A DNA stretch of 38,721 nucleotides from assembly GCA_029564175.1 (NCBI GenBank), contig JAKQQL010000415.1, positions 1 to 38,721 of the forward strand, read 5' to 3'. Below, piece after piece: positions 9,185-18,672 of this stretch (position 1 is the stretch's first letter; every line of letters starts with the position of its first letter). A program made the translations under genes and the position numbers. Source of the DNA: Candidatus Cloacimonadota bacterium. GTDB lineage: Bacteria; Cloacimonadota; Cloacimonadia; Cloacimonadales; WRIO01. Below the pieces are notes generated by a model. The model saw nothing but the letters and a program-made list of their open reading frames with translations. It searched no databases and had not been told where the DNA came from.

Positions 9185-9760
9185 CTATCCATCATCAGCA
9201 CATTTATGATATTTTATGGCATTATATTGTGTTACATTTCTATTTGTAATAATTATTCTTTCATTTTGCATCTTATCTATAATAAAATTATGAGAAATAT
9301 CCTTATAGATAGCTGGCTGATTTAATTGATAAACATCAGCAACCCGCTTCATTAACTTTAAACGAACAGCCTGATATATACTAAGTTGACTCAGAAAATC
9401 ACTGAGGATTCCAAATAATAATTCATCTGACCTTTCCTTCAAATTAAAACGTTTGATTAAGCTATGAATTAAAATCAGAAAACAAGAATATGAAGATACG
9501 CCTCTTTTTCTAAGACTTGGATATTGGAGTTTATAGGAATGCGCATAATCAGACAAGTCTTTTTTAAAACCAGGATTTAATTCTTCCCATAGCTGTTTTA
9601 CAATCTGATTGATTCGCTTAATTTGTATATTCTGAGTCTGAACAGGCGGTTTATTTCTGTTTTTGGCAATGCAAATCTTCCCCTGTTGATACCAGTTCAA
9701 TTGTAAATCATTGATTTTCTTAGGGTAATCCATCTTATTTGTTTTAAAATAGACTCTCAT
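9185..9760 (-). CDS. Basic hypothetical protein (~191 aa)
   Basis: Open frame; the preferred start is ATG 9760 (MRVYFK) downstream of AAGGAG at 9776-9771. No recognised catalytic motif. Confidence 0.6.
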   Translation of the reverse strand: MRVYFKTNKMDYPKKINDLQLNWYQQGKICIAKNRNKPPVQTQNIQIKRINQIVKQLWEELNPGFKKDLSDYAHSYKLQYPSLRKRGVSSYSCFLILIHSLIKRFNLKERSDELLFGILSDFLSQLSIYQAVRLKLMKRVADVYQLNQPAIYKDISHNFIIDKMQNERIIITNRNVTQYNAIKYHKCADDG

Positions 9761-9957
9761 ATTTATCTCTCTCCTTGTTAACAATATATTCATTTTTCTG
9801 TTTAATGCAAATTCTTTTTCTATTTTTTCTCTATTTAATCTTGTAGAACATTAGTTTTATATTTTAAAGAAGATTTTGACTTGTTTAATCCAATCTTACA
9901 CCTGTTGTCTGATCAAATCATTATTTGAAGTAAATCGCAAAAAGATGAAGAAAATGC

Positions 9958-9986
9958 TTGACGAAATTACTAATCAATATAAAAAT
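9958..9986 (+). promoter_or_regulatory. Candidate promoter of kbl
   Basis: TTGACG 9958-9963, TAAAAAT 9980-9986, GGAGG RBS before ATG 10020. Confidence 0.5.
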
Positions 9987-10019
9987 TCCAAAAAAAAACA
10001 TCATAATGGAGGTTTCAGA

Positions 10020-11207
10020 ATGTACGGCAAAATGAAAGAAGATTTGCAAAACCTGTTTGAAGAATTAAAGAACAACGGTTTATTTAAAAAAGAAAGAATC
10101 ATTACCAGTAGCCAAAGTGCTCAAATTTCAGTATCTACCGGGGAAGAAGTACTTAATTTTTGTGCAAACAATTATCTGGGTTTAGCCAATCATCCAGAAG
10201 TAGTTAAAGCTGCTCAGGATATTATGAATGACTGGGGATATGGTTTATCATCCGTTCGTTTTATATGTGGTACCCAAAAGATCCACAAAGATCTTGAAGC
10301 GAAAGTATCAGAATTTTTAGGTACTGAAGACACGATTCTTTATGCAGCTTGTTTTGATGCGAATGGTGGTGTGTTTGAGCCACTGTTAGGTGAAGATTCT
10401 GCAATCATTTCTGATGAATTAAATCATGCTTCAATCATTGATGGTGTCAGACTTTGTAAAGCAAAACGTTTTAGATACAAACATTCAGATATGGAAGAGT
10501 TGGAAAGCTGCTTAAAAGATTCTCAGGATTGCAGATACAGACTTATTTGTACTGACGGTGTTTTCTCAATGGACGGTGACATTGCTAAACTGGATCAAAT
10601 CGTTGCTCTGGCTGAAAAATATGACGCACTGGTTATGGTTGATGATTCCCATGCAACCGGCTATATCGGTAAAACTGGTCGTGGAACAGCAGAATACTAT
10701 AATCTTTTAGGTAAAATTGATATTATCACGACCACCTTTGGTAAAGCTTTAGGTGGTGCAAATGGTGGTTGTACTTCAGGTCGTAAAGAAATCATCGAAT
10801 TACTTCGCCAGAGATCAAGACCATACTTATTCTCAAATACGCTTGCACCTGCTGTTGTAGGCGCTACTATGAAAGTCATTGATATCCTTACTGAATCTTC
10901 AGCACTCATTGAAAAAGTAATGGATAATGCAAATTATTTCAGAACTGAAATGGAAAAAGCAGGATTCAAACTTCAACCAGGCAATACTGCAATCGTACCA
11001 GTAATGCTATTTGATGAACCTTTAGCTCTTAAAATGGCGGATATGCTCTTAAAAGAAGGCATTTATGTCATCGGTTTTGCATTCCCTGTAGTACCAAGAG
11101 GAAAGGCAAGAATCAGAGTACAGCTCTCAGCTGCTCATTCAAGAGAAGATGTCCAAAAAGCAATCAATGCATTCATCAAAGTAGGTAAAGAATTACAAGT
11201 GATTTAA
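10020..11207 (+). CDS. kbl: Glycine C-acetyltransferase (2-amino-3-ketobutyrate CoA ligase)
   Basis: NFCANNYLGL, SVRFICGTQ, CFDANGG, NHASIIDG, DGVFSMDG, GKALGGA (PLP Lys), RSRPYLFSN. Start moved to ATG 10020 because of the GGAGG RBS. Confidence 0.95.
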   Translation: MYGKMKEDLQNLFEELKNNGLFKKERIITSSQSAQISVSTGEEVLNFCANNYLGLANHPEVVKAAQDIMNDWGYGLSSVRFICGTQKIHKDLEAKVSEFLGTEDTILYAACFDANGGVFEPLLGEDSAIISDELNHASIIDGVRLCKAKRFRYKHSDMEELESCLKDSQDCRYRLICTDGVFSMDGDIAKLDQIVALAEKYDALVMVDDSHATGYIGKTGRGTAEYYNLLGKIDIITTTFGKALGGANGGCTSGRKEIIELLRQRSRPYLFSNTLAPAVVGATMKVIDILTESSALIEKVMDNANYFRTEMEKAGFKLQPGNTAIVPVMLFDEPLALKMADMLLKEGIYVIGFAFPVVPRGKARIRVQLSAAHSREDVQKAINAFIKVGKELQVI

Positions 11208-11218
11208 ATTAGCAATAT

Positions 11219-11252
11219 CAGGGGAACAAACTCGTTCCCCTGTTTCATTTTT
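11219..11252 (+). terminator. Intrinsic terminator after kbl
   Basis: CAGGGGAAC-AAACTC-GTTCCCCTG then TTTCATTTTT. Confidence 0.8.
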
Positions 11253-11320
11253 AAAATTCAATTGATCAAACGACCAGAAAAGTCGATTAACAAATGCCTA
11301 AAGAAAGAAAAAGGATAACA

Positions 11321-12151
11321 ATGGAAAAAGGCTCTCTGTATCTGGTTCCTACTCCCATCGGCAATCTCAAGGATATGACTTTTCGGGCAGTTGAAGTACT
11401 GAATAGTGTTTTCAGAATATATGCAGAAGATACTCGAACGTCAAAGCACTTACTGACTCATTACAACATATCAACGCCATGTCATTCATATCACAAGTTT
11501 AATGAAAAACAACGTATCAAAGAAGTTACTTCTCTTTTAGAAAGTGGTTTTTCAGTCGCTATCATATCAGATGCAGGCACACCTGGCATATCAGATCCGT
11601 CCAACATCATTGTTAAAGAATGCATCCATACAGGTTTAAATGTCATTCCTTTGCCTGGGGCTACAGCACTGATACCAGCAGTTACAGCTTCAGGATTTGA
11701 TTCTGAACGATTTATCATGCTGGGCTTTTTACCTTCAAAAAAATCTGAATCCGAGCAGGTTTTAAGAAAGAATATGCAGGCTGAAATGCCTCTCATTCTT
11801 TATGAATCTCCACACAGATTGATTGAAACGCTGATCTTTATTAAAGAGATATTAGGTGACAGAGATATCTGTATTGCACGAGAATTGAGTAAACAATTTG
11901 AAAGTTGGTACAGAAACAGAATCTCTTTTTTCATTGATAATCCAGATGAAATTAAAATTAAAGGTGAATTTGTTTTGATTATTAACCGTCCCTCAAAAAT
12001 AGAGATTACAGATGAAGATATTATTCAAGAAATTAGAAAACATTCAGCAGATTTGTCTAAAAAAGAGGTTTCAGCTCTGGTATCAGAAACATTAGGCATT
12101 TCAAAAAAAACCGTTTATAACCTTTTAATCAATAAAGGCAGGGAAGTATGA
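11321..12151 (+). CDS. rsmI: 16S rRNA (cytidine1402-2'-O)-methyltransferase
   Basis: LYLVPTPIGNL.D, AEDTR, SDAGTPGISDP, YESPHR, RELSK.FE, KGEFV. Start taken at ATG 11321 after AAGGA. Confidence 0.93.
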   Translation: MEKGSLYLVPTPIGNLKDMTFRAVEVLNSVFRIYAEDTRTSKHLLTHYNISTPCHSYHKFNEKQRIKEVTSLLESGFSVAIISDAGTPGISDPSNIIVKECIHTGLNVIPLPGATALIPAVTASGFDSERFIMLGFLPSKKSESEQVLRKNMQAEMPLILYESPHRLIETLIFIKEILGDRDICIARELSKQFESWYRNRISFFIDNPDEIKIKGEFVLIINRPSKIEITDEDIIQEIRKHSADLSKKEVSALVSETLGISKKTVYNLLINKGREV

Positions 12152-12624
12152 AACTGAGTGATTTTACAAGTGTGTTAAAAAACACAAAAGCACCTTTCTT
12201 ACCTGTTCTCATCATAGTTCAGGATGAAAATGGAAAAGCAAATCCAATAACCGTTGAATGGTACATGAGGACTTCTATTACTCCACCTATGTTTGCCATT
12301 TCTATTGGTACAACTCGCTATTCACATGAATGTCTGCAACAAAACAGACTGTTCAATATGATCGTTCCTTCAAATGAAATGAGTGAAGCGATTAAATATT
12401 GTGGCAGTAAATCAGGCAGTGAAACAGATAAACTGTTGGATCTAAATTTAGAATGTTTTAAAGGAAAACTGGGTTTACCCATAATCAAAATAGCTAAAGC
12501 GGCTTATGAATGTAAAGTCATAACCCAGGTTTTAAGTGGCGACCATACAATCTTTGTAGGGGAAGTAAAGTATAGCTGGTTAAACCAGGATAAAGCTTCT
12601 TTATTTGTATATCCGGAGAAATGA
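12148..12624 (+). CDS. Flavin reductase-like (DIM6/NTAB family) protein
   Basis: N.ITV.W, S..PP, CGSKSG...DK, YECKV, GDHTIFVGEV; ATGA overlap with rsmI. Confidence 0.85.
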   Translation: MKLSDFTSVLKNTKAPFLPVLIIVQDENGKANPITVEWYMRTSITPPMFAISIGTTRYSHECLQQNRLFNMIVPSNEMSEAIKYCGSKSGSETDKLLDLNLECFKGKLGLPIIKIAKAAYECKVITQVLSGDHTIFVGEVKYSWLNQDKASLFVYPEK

Positions 12625-13046
12625 TGATACATATATCTGAACATTTTGATCGCCCTATTTTTGATAAAATCAATCAACTTTGGGAGATCACAGGCATCTC
12701 AAATCCTCAACGAGGGGATACTTATGAAGCGATTGAAAAGACACTACAACATGAAGGAAAATTAATTACCATCTGGCATTGTGAAATTTTAATTGGCTCT
12801 TGCTGGCTGACCTCTGATAGCCGAAGACTATATCTCCATCACATGGCTGTTCTTCCTGGCTATCAAAATCAAGGAATCGGTCATCAGTTAATGGCAGAAT
12901 CTATTCGCTATTCCACTGAAAAACAATTACAGTTAAAACTTGAAGTGAATGAAAGCAACCAATCAGCCATTCATCTTTATCAAAAATTTGGATTTGCGTT
13001 TATTGATCATTACCAACCCATGATCAGAAGAAAAATAGGAGATTAA
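12621..13046 (+). CDS. GNAT family N-acetyltransferase
   Basis: AV.P.YQNQGIG and N.SAI.LYQKFGF acetyl-CoA-binding motifs. Confidence 0.85.
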   Translation: MMIHISEHFDRPIFDKINQLWEITGISNPQRGDTYEAIEKTLQHEGKLITIWHCEILIGSCWLTSDSRRLYLHHMAVLPGYQNQGIGHQLMAESIRYSTEKQLQLKLEVNESNQSAIHLYQKFGFAFIDHYQPMIRRKIGD

Positions 13047-14141
13047 ATGAATCGAATATATTTACCCGTTGATATCTACTTTGGTGAAAATGCCATCGCT
13101 CAAAGTGGAGATAATATTTTTAATCTGGGTCATAAACCGATGATAGTTACGGGTCGTCAATCGGCAAAGGTTTGTGGAGCAGAAGAAGATATCACAAAGC
13201 TTCTGGAACGTCTGGACAGAGAATTTGTCATTTATAACGAAGTAACTGAAAATCCTAAGATTGAAACAATCAATCAGGGTATTAAATACTTTATTGAAAG
13301 TCAATGTGATTATGTAATCGGAATTGGTGGAGGAAGTCCGCTTGATGCCGCTAAAGCGATTGCCTTAGGCGCAGCTAATCATATTGAAGGAGATCAGCTT
13401 TTTGATACGAAACTACATGAAAAATGCTATCCGATCGTTGCAATTCCTACCACCTCTGGTACTGGATCTGAAGTGACTCAGTATAGCGTTCTGACAGATA
13501 CGAAGGCAAATAAGAAAGCTGGATTTACCAACCCTTTAATTTTTCCAATTGTGGCATTTGTCGATCCAAAATACACGATCAGTTTATCACAGAAAGTTAC
13601 CAGAGATACTGCCATTGATGCTCTCAGTCATTTACTGGAAGGCTTGTATTCCAATCGTAGAAATCAACTGATTTATCCTATGATTTACGATGGTATCAAA
13701 CTAATAGTTCATCATTTAAAAGATTTACTCTTACATCCTACTAATGTTAAACTCAGAGAAAAAATCATGAAAGCCTCTCTTTACGGTGGCATTGTTATCG
13801 CTCATTCTGGAACTACCTTGCAACATTCCATCGGATATCCTTTAACAACTGAATTTGGATTATCTCATGGACTTGCAAATGGAGTTGTGATGAAATATAT
13901 CATGGAACTGTATTATCCTGCCATTAAAGACGAGTTAGATGAATTATTCCTGCATCTGGGTATGTCAAAAGAAGATTTTTATAAATGGCTGGATTCTCTG
14001 GATTTTAGTTTTGATATGAAAATTCATGATGACTTTATTGAAGATAAAATATTAGAAGTCGTTCAAAGTAGAAATATGGCTAATAACCCGTTTACTGTAT
14101 CGACCACACAAATTAAAAATATCTATTATCAGTTTAAGTAA
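13047..14141 (+). CDS. Iron-containing alcohol dehydrogenase
   Basis: GIGGGSPLDAAK, PTTSGTGSEVT, DALSH..E, HSIGY, HGLANG. Confidence 0.9.
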   Translation: MNRIYLPVDIYFGENAIAQSGDNIFNLGHKPMIVTGRQSAKVCGAEEDITKLLERLDREFVIYNEVTENPKIETINQGIKYFIESQCDYVIGIGGGSPLDAAKAIALGAANHIEGDQLFDTKLHEKCYPIVAIPTTSGTGSEVTQYSVLTDTKANKKAGFTNPLIFPIVAFVDPKYTISLSQKVTRDTAIDALSHLLEGLYSNRRNQLIYPMIYDGIKLIVHHLKDLLLHPTNVKLREKIMKASLYGGIVIAHSGTTLQHSIGYPLTTEFGLSHGLANGVVMKYIMELYYPAIKDELDELFLHLGMSKEDFYKWLDSLDFSFDMKIHDDFIEDKILEVVQSRNMANNPFTVSTTQIKNIYYQFK

Positions 14142-14158
14142 CACACAAATACAAATTG

Positions 14159-14184
14159 AAAAAGGCCGGATAAATCCGGCCTTT
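14159..14184. terminator. Bidirectional terminator between convergent operons
   Basis: AAAGGCCGGA-TAAA-TCCGGCCTTT between the stops at 14141 (+) and 14203 (-). Confidence 0.8.
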
Positions 14185-14202
14185 ACTCATTTATAATCAA
14201 TT

Positions 14203-15810
14203 TTATTTTTTACTTTTTTGAATTGTCTTAGCATAGTCAAACATATCATCAAGAGTTGGATACTTGTCGAAAATTGCAAGTGCTTCGACTAATTGTTTAT
14301 CTACATTTAATCCAGCTTTATAACCTGCAATCTCTCCGAATTTTTTGTCAATAATGTTACTGGTCAGAGAGTTTTTAATATAAGTATAAGAGCTGTCCAG
14401 AGAAGCTTTTTCGTATTTTAAGCCCTTTTCTTTTGCATAGACAAGGAAGTTTTGAATGATGGTATCATCTGCAACGAAATTTTCTTTCACTTGGTCTTTA
14501 TGTTTAGCAATATAGTCCACTGAATAATCAAAGAACAAATTAAGTCGTCTGATTTCCATTTCGAGATTATTTAACCGATCCTGTTCGATTTCGATATCAG
14601 GAGTAACTCCACCACCACCATAGACAGTTCTACCTTTGACTGTTTTATAGATGTGGTCATTGTTTTCTTTTTCGATTTTCTTCTTTTCTTCTTCGCTGAC
14701 TTCTTTGCCACGTAAGAGTTTATCATTGATATCTTTATGGATGCAACGACCTGATTTGATATAGTATTTGGAAATAGTAATTTTAATACCATATCCGTCA
14801 GATAAAGGGTATAATTGCTGAACTGAGCCTTTGCCAAAAGAGGTTTTACCAACGACAAGACCTTTATCCCAATCCTGTAAAGAACCGGCAAAAATTTCAG
14901 ATGCACTGGCACTGGCTTCATTAATCATCACAACAACTGGATAGCCAGTTCTCATTCTGTTGTATCTGGTAAAGTACTCCTGATTATATTGTGGGACGCG
15001 CCCTTTAGTAAATACAACGAGTTTTTCTCCACCGATAAATTCATTTACAGTATCAATGGCTTCATTAAGTAAACCACCTGGATTAAATCTTAAATCAATC
15101 AGTAAACCTCTGATACCTTCTTTTTCAAGTGTATCAAGGCTTTGACGAAGTTCTGAGCTGGTATTGGCATTAAACTGTCTAATTCTGATATAGCCAATCC
15201 CATTATCCAGTTTAAATGCATAAGGAATACTTTTTATTTTTATAATATCGCGAATAATCTCAAAATCCAGGGTGTTTTTTAATCCTGGTCTTGAAATGGT
15301 AATCAAGACTTTTGAGCCTTTTTCGCCACGCATTTTTTTGATGACATCGTCGGTATTAATTCCAACCACATTTTCACCATCTACTTTTACAATTTTATCA
15401 CCAGCTTGAATCCCCATTTTGTAGGCAGGTGTTCCTTCTATTGGTGAAACTACCGTAATATAATCACCTTGTTTATCAATAGTAATACCTAAGCCACCAA
15501 ATTCTCCCATTGTGCTGGTTTGAAACTCTTTAAAATCATCAGGCTTCATAAAATTGGTATGCGGATCGACATCTTCAAGCATGCCATTGATGGCGTATTC
15601 AAACAGTTCTTCCATTTTGATATCTTCCACATAATTCTGCTTAACCATCAGTACGACATCCCGGAAAATCTTCATGAACTTGTAAAATTCATTACTGTCC
15701 ACCTGATTCTGAGCATGACCAACTGAATAGTTAAATATAATGGTGCCAGCCAGCATCCAGATTACCAGAATGGAGTAAAAAATGACCTTGTTTTTTCTTA
15801 AAAGTTTCAT
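14203..15810 (-). CDS. ctpA: Carboxy-terminal processing protease (S41A) with PDZ domain
   Basis: DPHT, GEFGGLGI, DLRFNPGGLL, SASASEI, GKGSVQ; N-terminal membrane anchor. Start 15810 forms an ATGA overlap with tmk. Confidence 0.9.
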   Translation of the reverse strand: MKLLRKNKVIFYSILVIWMLAGTIIFNYSVGHAQNQVDSNEFYKFMKIFRDVVLMVKQNYVEDIKMEELFEYAINGMLEDVDPHTNFMKPDDFKEFQTSTMGEFGGLGITIDKQGDYITVVSPIEGTPAYKMGIQAGDKIVKVDGENVVGINTDDVIKKMRGEKGSKVLITISRPGLKNTLDFEIIRDIIKIKSIPYAFKLDNGIGYIRIRQFNANTSSELRQSLDTLEKEGIRGLLIDLRFNPGGLLNEAIDTVNEFIGGEKLVVFTKGRVPQYNQEYFTRYNRMRTGYPVVVMINEASASASEIFAGSLQDWDKGLVVGKTSFGKGSVQQLYPLSDGYGIKITISKYYIKSGRCIHKDINDKLLRGKEVSEEEKKKIEKENNDHIYKTVKGRTVYGGGGVTPDIEIEQDRLNNLEMEIRRLNLFFDYSVDYIAKHKDQVKENFVADDTIIQNFLVYAKEKGLKYEKASLDSSYTYIKNSLTSNIIDKKFGEIAGYKAGLNVDKQLVEALAIFDKYPTLDDMFDYAKTIQKSKK

Positions 15811-16436
15811 TTCTTCCCTTCTTTCAGTTTCCATAAAACGATCTCTTTTATTTTGTTATGTATTGTTTCTATGTCAAGCTGACCATCAATATGAACATAT
15901 CGGTCAGGATTTTCGGTTAACAATTGGTCAAAACCTTTTTTCACTTCTTCATGAAAGGCTTTACATTCATTTTCTAAACGATCTTGTTTTTTTGTCTTGA
16001 TCCGTTCTATACTAACATCGACCGGAATATCTATATAAAAAGTCAGATCAGGTACTTTTCCGTAGGTAGCGAATGTATTGATACAACGAATTGTGTCTAG
16101 ATCAATCTTTCTGGCGCTACCCTGATAAGCAAATGTTGAATCATAATAACGGTCACAAATCACAACCGCATTCTGTTTCAGCGCAGGTATAATCCATTCC
16201 GCAGTATGCTGAGCACGAGACGCCAAATATAGAAGGATTTCAGTTTCAGGTGTCATTTCCTGGTGAGCAATATCAAGCAATAAATGCCGGATTTTTTCGC
16301 TGATCACAGGACCGCCAGGTTCTCTTGTCAGTAATACCTGATATCCTTCTTCTAATAAACAATTATTCAGCATTTTAGACTGGGTTGATTTTCCACAGCC
16401 TTCAATTCCTTCGAACGTTATAAAAAGTGCCTTCAT
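15807..16436 (-). CDS. tmk: Thymidylate kinase
   Basis: FITFEGIEGCGKST, TREPGG, DRYYDS..AYQG, PDLTF, DRLE. Confidence 0.95.
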   Translation of the reverse strand: MKALFITFEGIEGCGKSTQSKMLNNCLLEEGYQVLLTREPGGPVISEKIRHLLLDIAHQEMTPETEILLYLASRAQHTAEWIIPALKQNAVVICDRYYDSTFAYQGSARKIDLDTIRCINTFATYGKVPDLTFYIDIPVDVSIERIKTKKQDRLENECKAFHEEVKKGFDQLLTENPDRYVHIDGQLDIETIHNKIKEIVLWKLKEGKK

Positions 16437-16486
16437 CAAGTCTCCTGTTTAATTCATTTTTAACTTTTCAGAGTATCATGCTTCTT

Positions 16487-16573
16487 TGTTTAAAAGGTCT
16501 GATGACAAAAATTTTATTTTAAACACATGCAAAATAAATGCCAATAAAAATAAGTGGTCAGACCTGTTAAACA
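16487..16573. repeat. 87-bp intergenic element with 16-bp inverted ends
   Basis: TGTTTAAAAGGTCTGA (16487-16502) vs TCAGACCTGTTAAACA (16558-16573): 15/16 complementary. Confidence 0.75.
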
Positions 16574-16581
16574 TATCATAT

Positions 16582-18180
16582 CTATATAATCGTGTCTTTT
16601 TGATATAATTCATCATTCTTTCCAGGATAGTCAGTCACATAATGTAGCCCCCGACTTTCCTTTCTCTGTAAGGCTGATGTAATGATCAGATTAGCGATTA
16701 CTGCTAAATTTCGGGTTTCAATCACTTCTTTTCTAATACTATTGTGATGATAAAAATTATCAATTTCCTGATAAATTGAGTTTAAACGAGTCAGCGCATA
16801 CTTTAACAATCTTCTGCTTCTCGTTATTCCAACATAATTCTGCATGGTATGTTTAACCACTTCACGGTTATGAGAGATAACAACCCAATCATTTTCATTA
16901 AACATCCCGACATCACGCCATTCAGGTATCGTAGGGAAATCAACAGATTCTTTGTTAGATGGATGGTTGCCTGCTCTTTTTGCTACAACCAACGCTTCAA
17001 GTAGAGAATTGGATGCAAGACGATTGGCTCCATGTAATCCTGTACAGGCGACTTCTCCGGCAGCAAATAAATTGGCAACATCTGTTTCTCCATTGATTGT
17101 AGCTAAAACACCCCCGCAAAAATAATGGGCAGCAGGTGCTACTGGAATATAATCTTTAGTAAAATCAACTCCACGTTTTTTGCATTTTTTATCGATGTAA
17201 GGGAAATGTGATCTGAGTTTCTCATGATCTACTTTAGTTGCATCCAGATATACAAATTTTTCATCCCGTTTCTTTAATTCAAAATCAATCGCTCTTGCTA
17301 CAATGTCACGAGGTGCAAGAGATCCCATTTGATGATATCGATCCATAAATGTATTACCATCCTGAAGTCTTAAAACAGCGCCTTCACCTCTTAGAGCTTC
17401 TGTAATCAAAAACGTATGACCATCAGGTGAATAAAATGCTGTAGGATGAAATTGAACAAATTCCATATTAGCGACTCTTGCACCGGCAAGTCTTGCCATT
17501 GCGACACCATCACCTGTTGCTACATCAGGATTAGTACTTTGAAGGTAAACCTGAGCAGCTCCTCCAGTAGCCAGCATGGTCTTTTTACTGACAAAAGTTT
17601 TAATTTTTCCATTATCAATATCTAAAATATAAGCACCCCAACAGGTAATTCGAGGTATAAACCCATCTGTCTGAGGAATATGATGTTGAGTAATTAAATC
17701 GACAGCAATATGATTTTCAAAAATATCAATCTGTGGATTTTCATAACAGTTCTCAATCAATGCCTGCATAATTTCATGTCCGGTTGAATCTGCAGCATAA
17801 GCGACTCGTTGCTGAGAATGTCCTCCTTCTTTGGTCAGAGACAGGTTTTCCAGAGAACGGTCTAATCTGGGATTTTTTACAGTAAATAAAGTACCTTTTT
17901 GAATCAGATACTGGATTGCCTCTGGTCCTTCTTCCACAATCGTTTCTATAATTTTCTTTTTACCGAGTTGAGCACCGGCTTCGTATGTATCTCTTACATG
18001 AAAATTGAAAGAATCTTTATTATCAATAACCGCTGCAATTCCTCCTTGAGCATAATCTGAATTACAGTCGTTTATCTTTTTCTTGGTTACAATAGCAACC
18101 TTACCCAGTTTTGACACTTCAAGCGCATAGACCAATCCGGCAATTCCTGAACCAATCACTAAAAAATCATACTGATACAT
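16582..18180 (-). CDS. nadB: L-aspartate oxidase
   Basis: GSGIAGL, AQGGIA, EGGHS, MEFVQFHPT, EALRGEG, LAPRD, PAAHY.CGG, LHGANRLASNSLLE, ESRG.HY. Start at ATG 18180 after GGGAG. Confidence 0.93.
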   Translation of the reverse strand: MYQYDFLVIGSGIAGLVYALEVSKLGKVAIVTKKKINDCNSDYAQGGIAAVIDNKDSFNFHVRDTYEAGAQLGKKKIIETIVEEGPEAIQYLIQKGTLFTVKNPRLDRSLENLSLTKEGGHSQQRVAYAADSTGHEIMQALIENCYENPQIDIFENHIAVDLITQHHIPQTDGFIPRITCWGAYILDIDNGKIKTFVSKKTMLATGGAAQVYLQSTNPDVATGDGVAMARLAGARVANMEFVQFHPTAFYSPDGHTFLITEALRGEGAVLRLQDGNTFMDRYHQMGSLAPRDIVARAIDFELKKRDEKFVYLDATKVDHEKLRSHFPYIDKKCKKRGVDFTKDYIPVAPAAHYFCGGVLATINGETDVANLFAAGEVACTGLHGANRLASNSLLEALVVAKRAGNHPSNKESVDFPTIPEWRDVGMFNENDWVVISHNREVVKHTMQNYVGITRSRRLLKYALTRLNSIYQEIDNFYHHNSIRKEVIETRNLAVIANLIITSALQRKESRGLHYVTDYPGKNDELYQKDTII

Positions 18181-18192
18181 TTTATCTCCCAA

Positions 18193-18672
18193 CTATAGCC
18201 CCTTTTTCTCAGTCTGAGATTGACTGATTATCTGTTCTTCACGAATCAAACCCATAACCAGGGCATCTTCAACAGGACTTTGATAATAGGCTTTTCTGAT
18301 ATATAATGGTACAAAACCTAACTTGTCATACAATCGTCTGGCAGGCAGATTTGATTTCCTGACTTCAAGAAAAAAAGATTTAATATGCTTCTTTTCCATA
18401 ATAACGTGATTTAAAAATTGATAAGCTAATCCTTTATTTTGATAGCACTTTCTGATAGCTATGTTTGAGATACTAAATTCATCTGCTGTTTCATAACCAA
18501 ACAAAAAGCCAGCGATAATCATTCCTTCACTATCCAATAGGACATAAGACTCATCCTGAACAAAAGCAATCTTAAACCCTTCAAAATCCCAGGTATCATG
18601 CTCAGATTCCATTTCAATTGAATACACTTCATTCAAATCTTCTTCTGACATTCTTCTGATAAGGTAAGCCAT
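18193..18672 (-). CDS. rimI: Ribosomal-protein-alanine N-acetyltransferase (RimI-like GNAT)
   Basis: FLEVRKSN..A..LY.KLGF...IRKAYY..PVEDALVM. Confidence 0.85.
   Translation of the reverse strand: MAYLIRRMSEEDLNEVYSIEMESEHDTWDFEGFKIAFVQDESYVLLDSEGMIIAGFLFGYETADEFSISNIAIRKCYQNKGLAYQFLNHVIMEKKHIKSFFLEVRKSNLPARRLYDKLGFVPLYIRKAYYQSPVEDALVMGLIREEQIISQSQTEKKGL

Noticed and set aside
9876..10019. N-terminal extension of kbl in the ORF track (likewise TolC 38592-38714 and ctpA 15811-15834)
   Set aside because: The extensions cover a promoter or the upstream gene; downstream ATGs have a better RBS or stop-start coupling.
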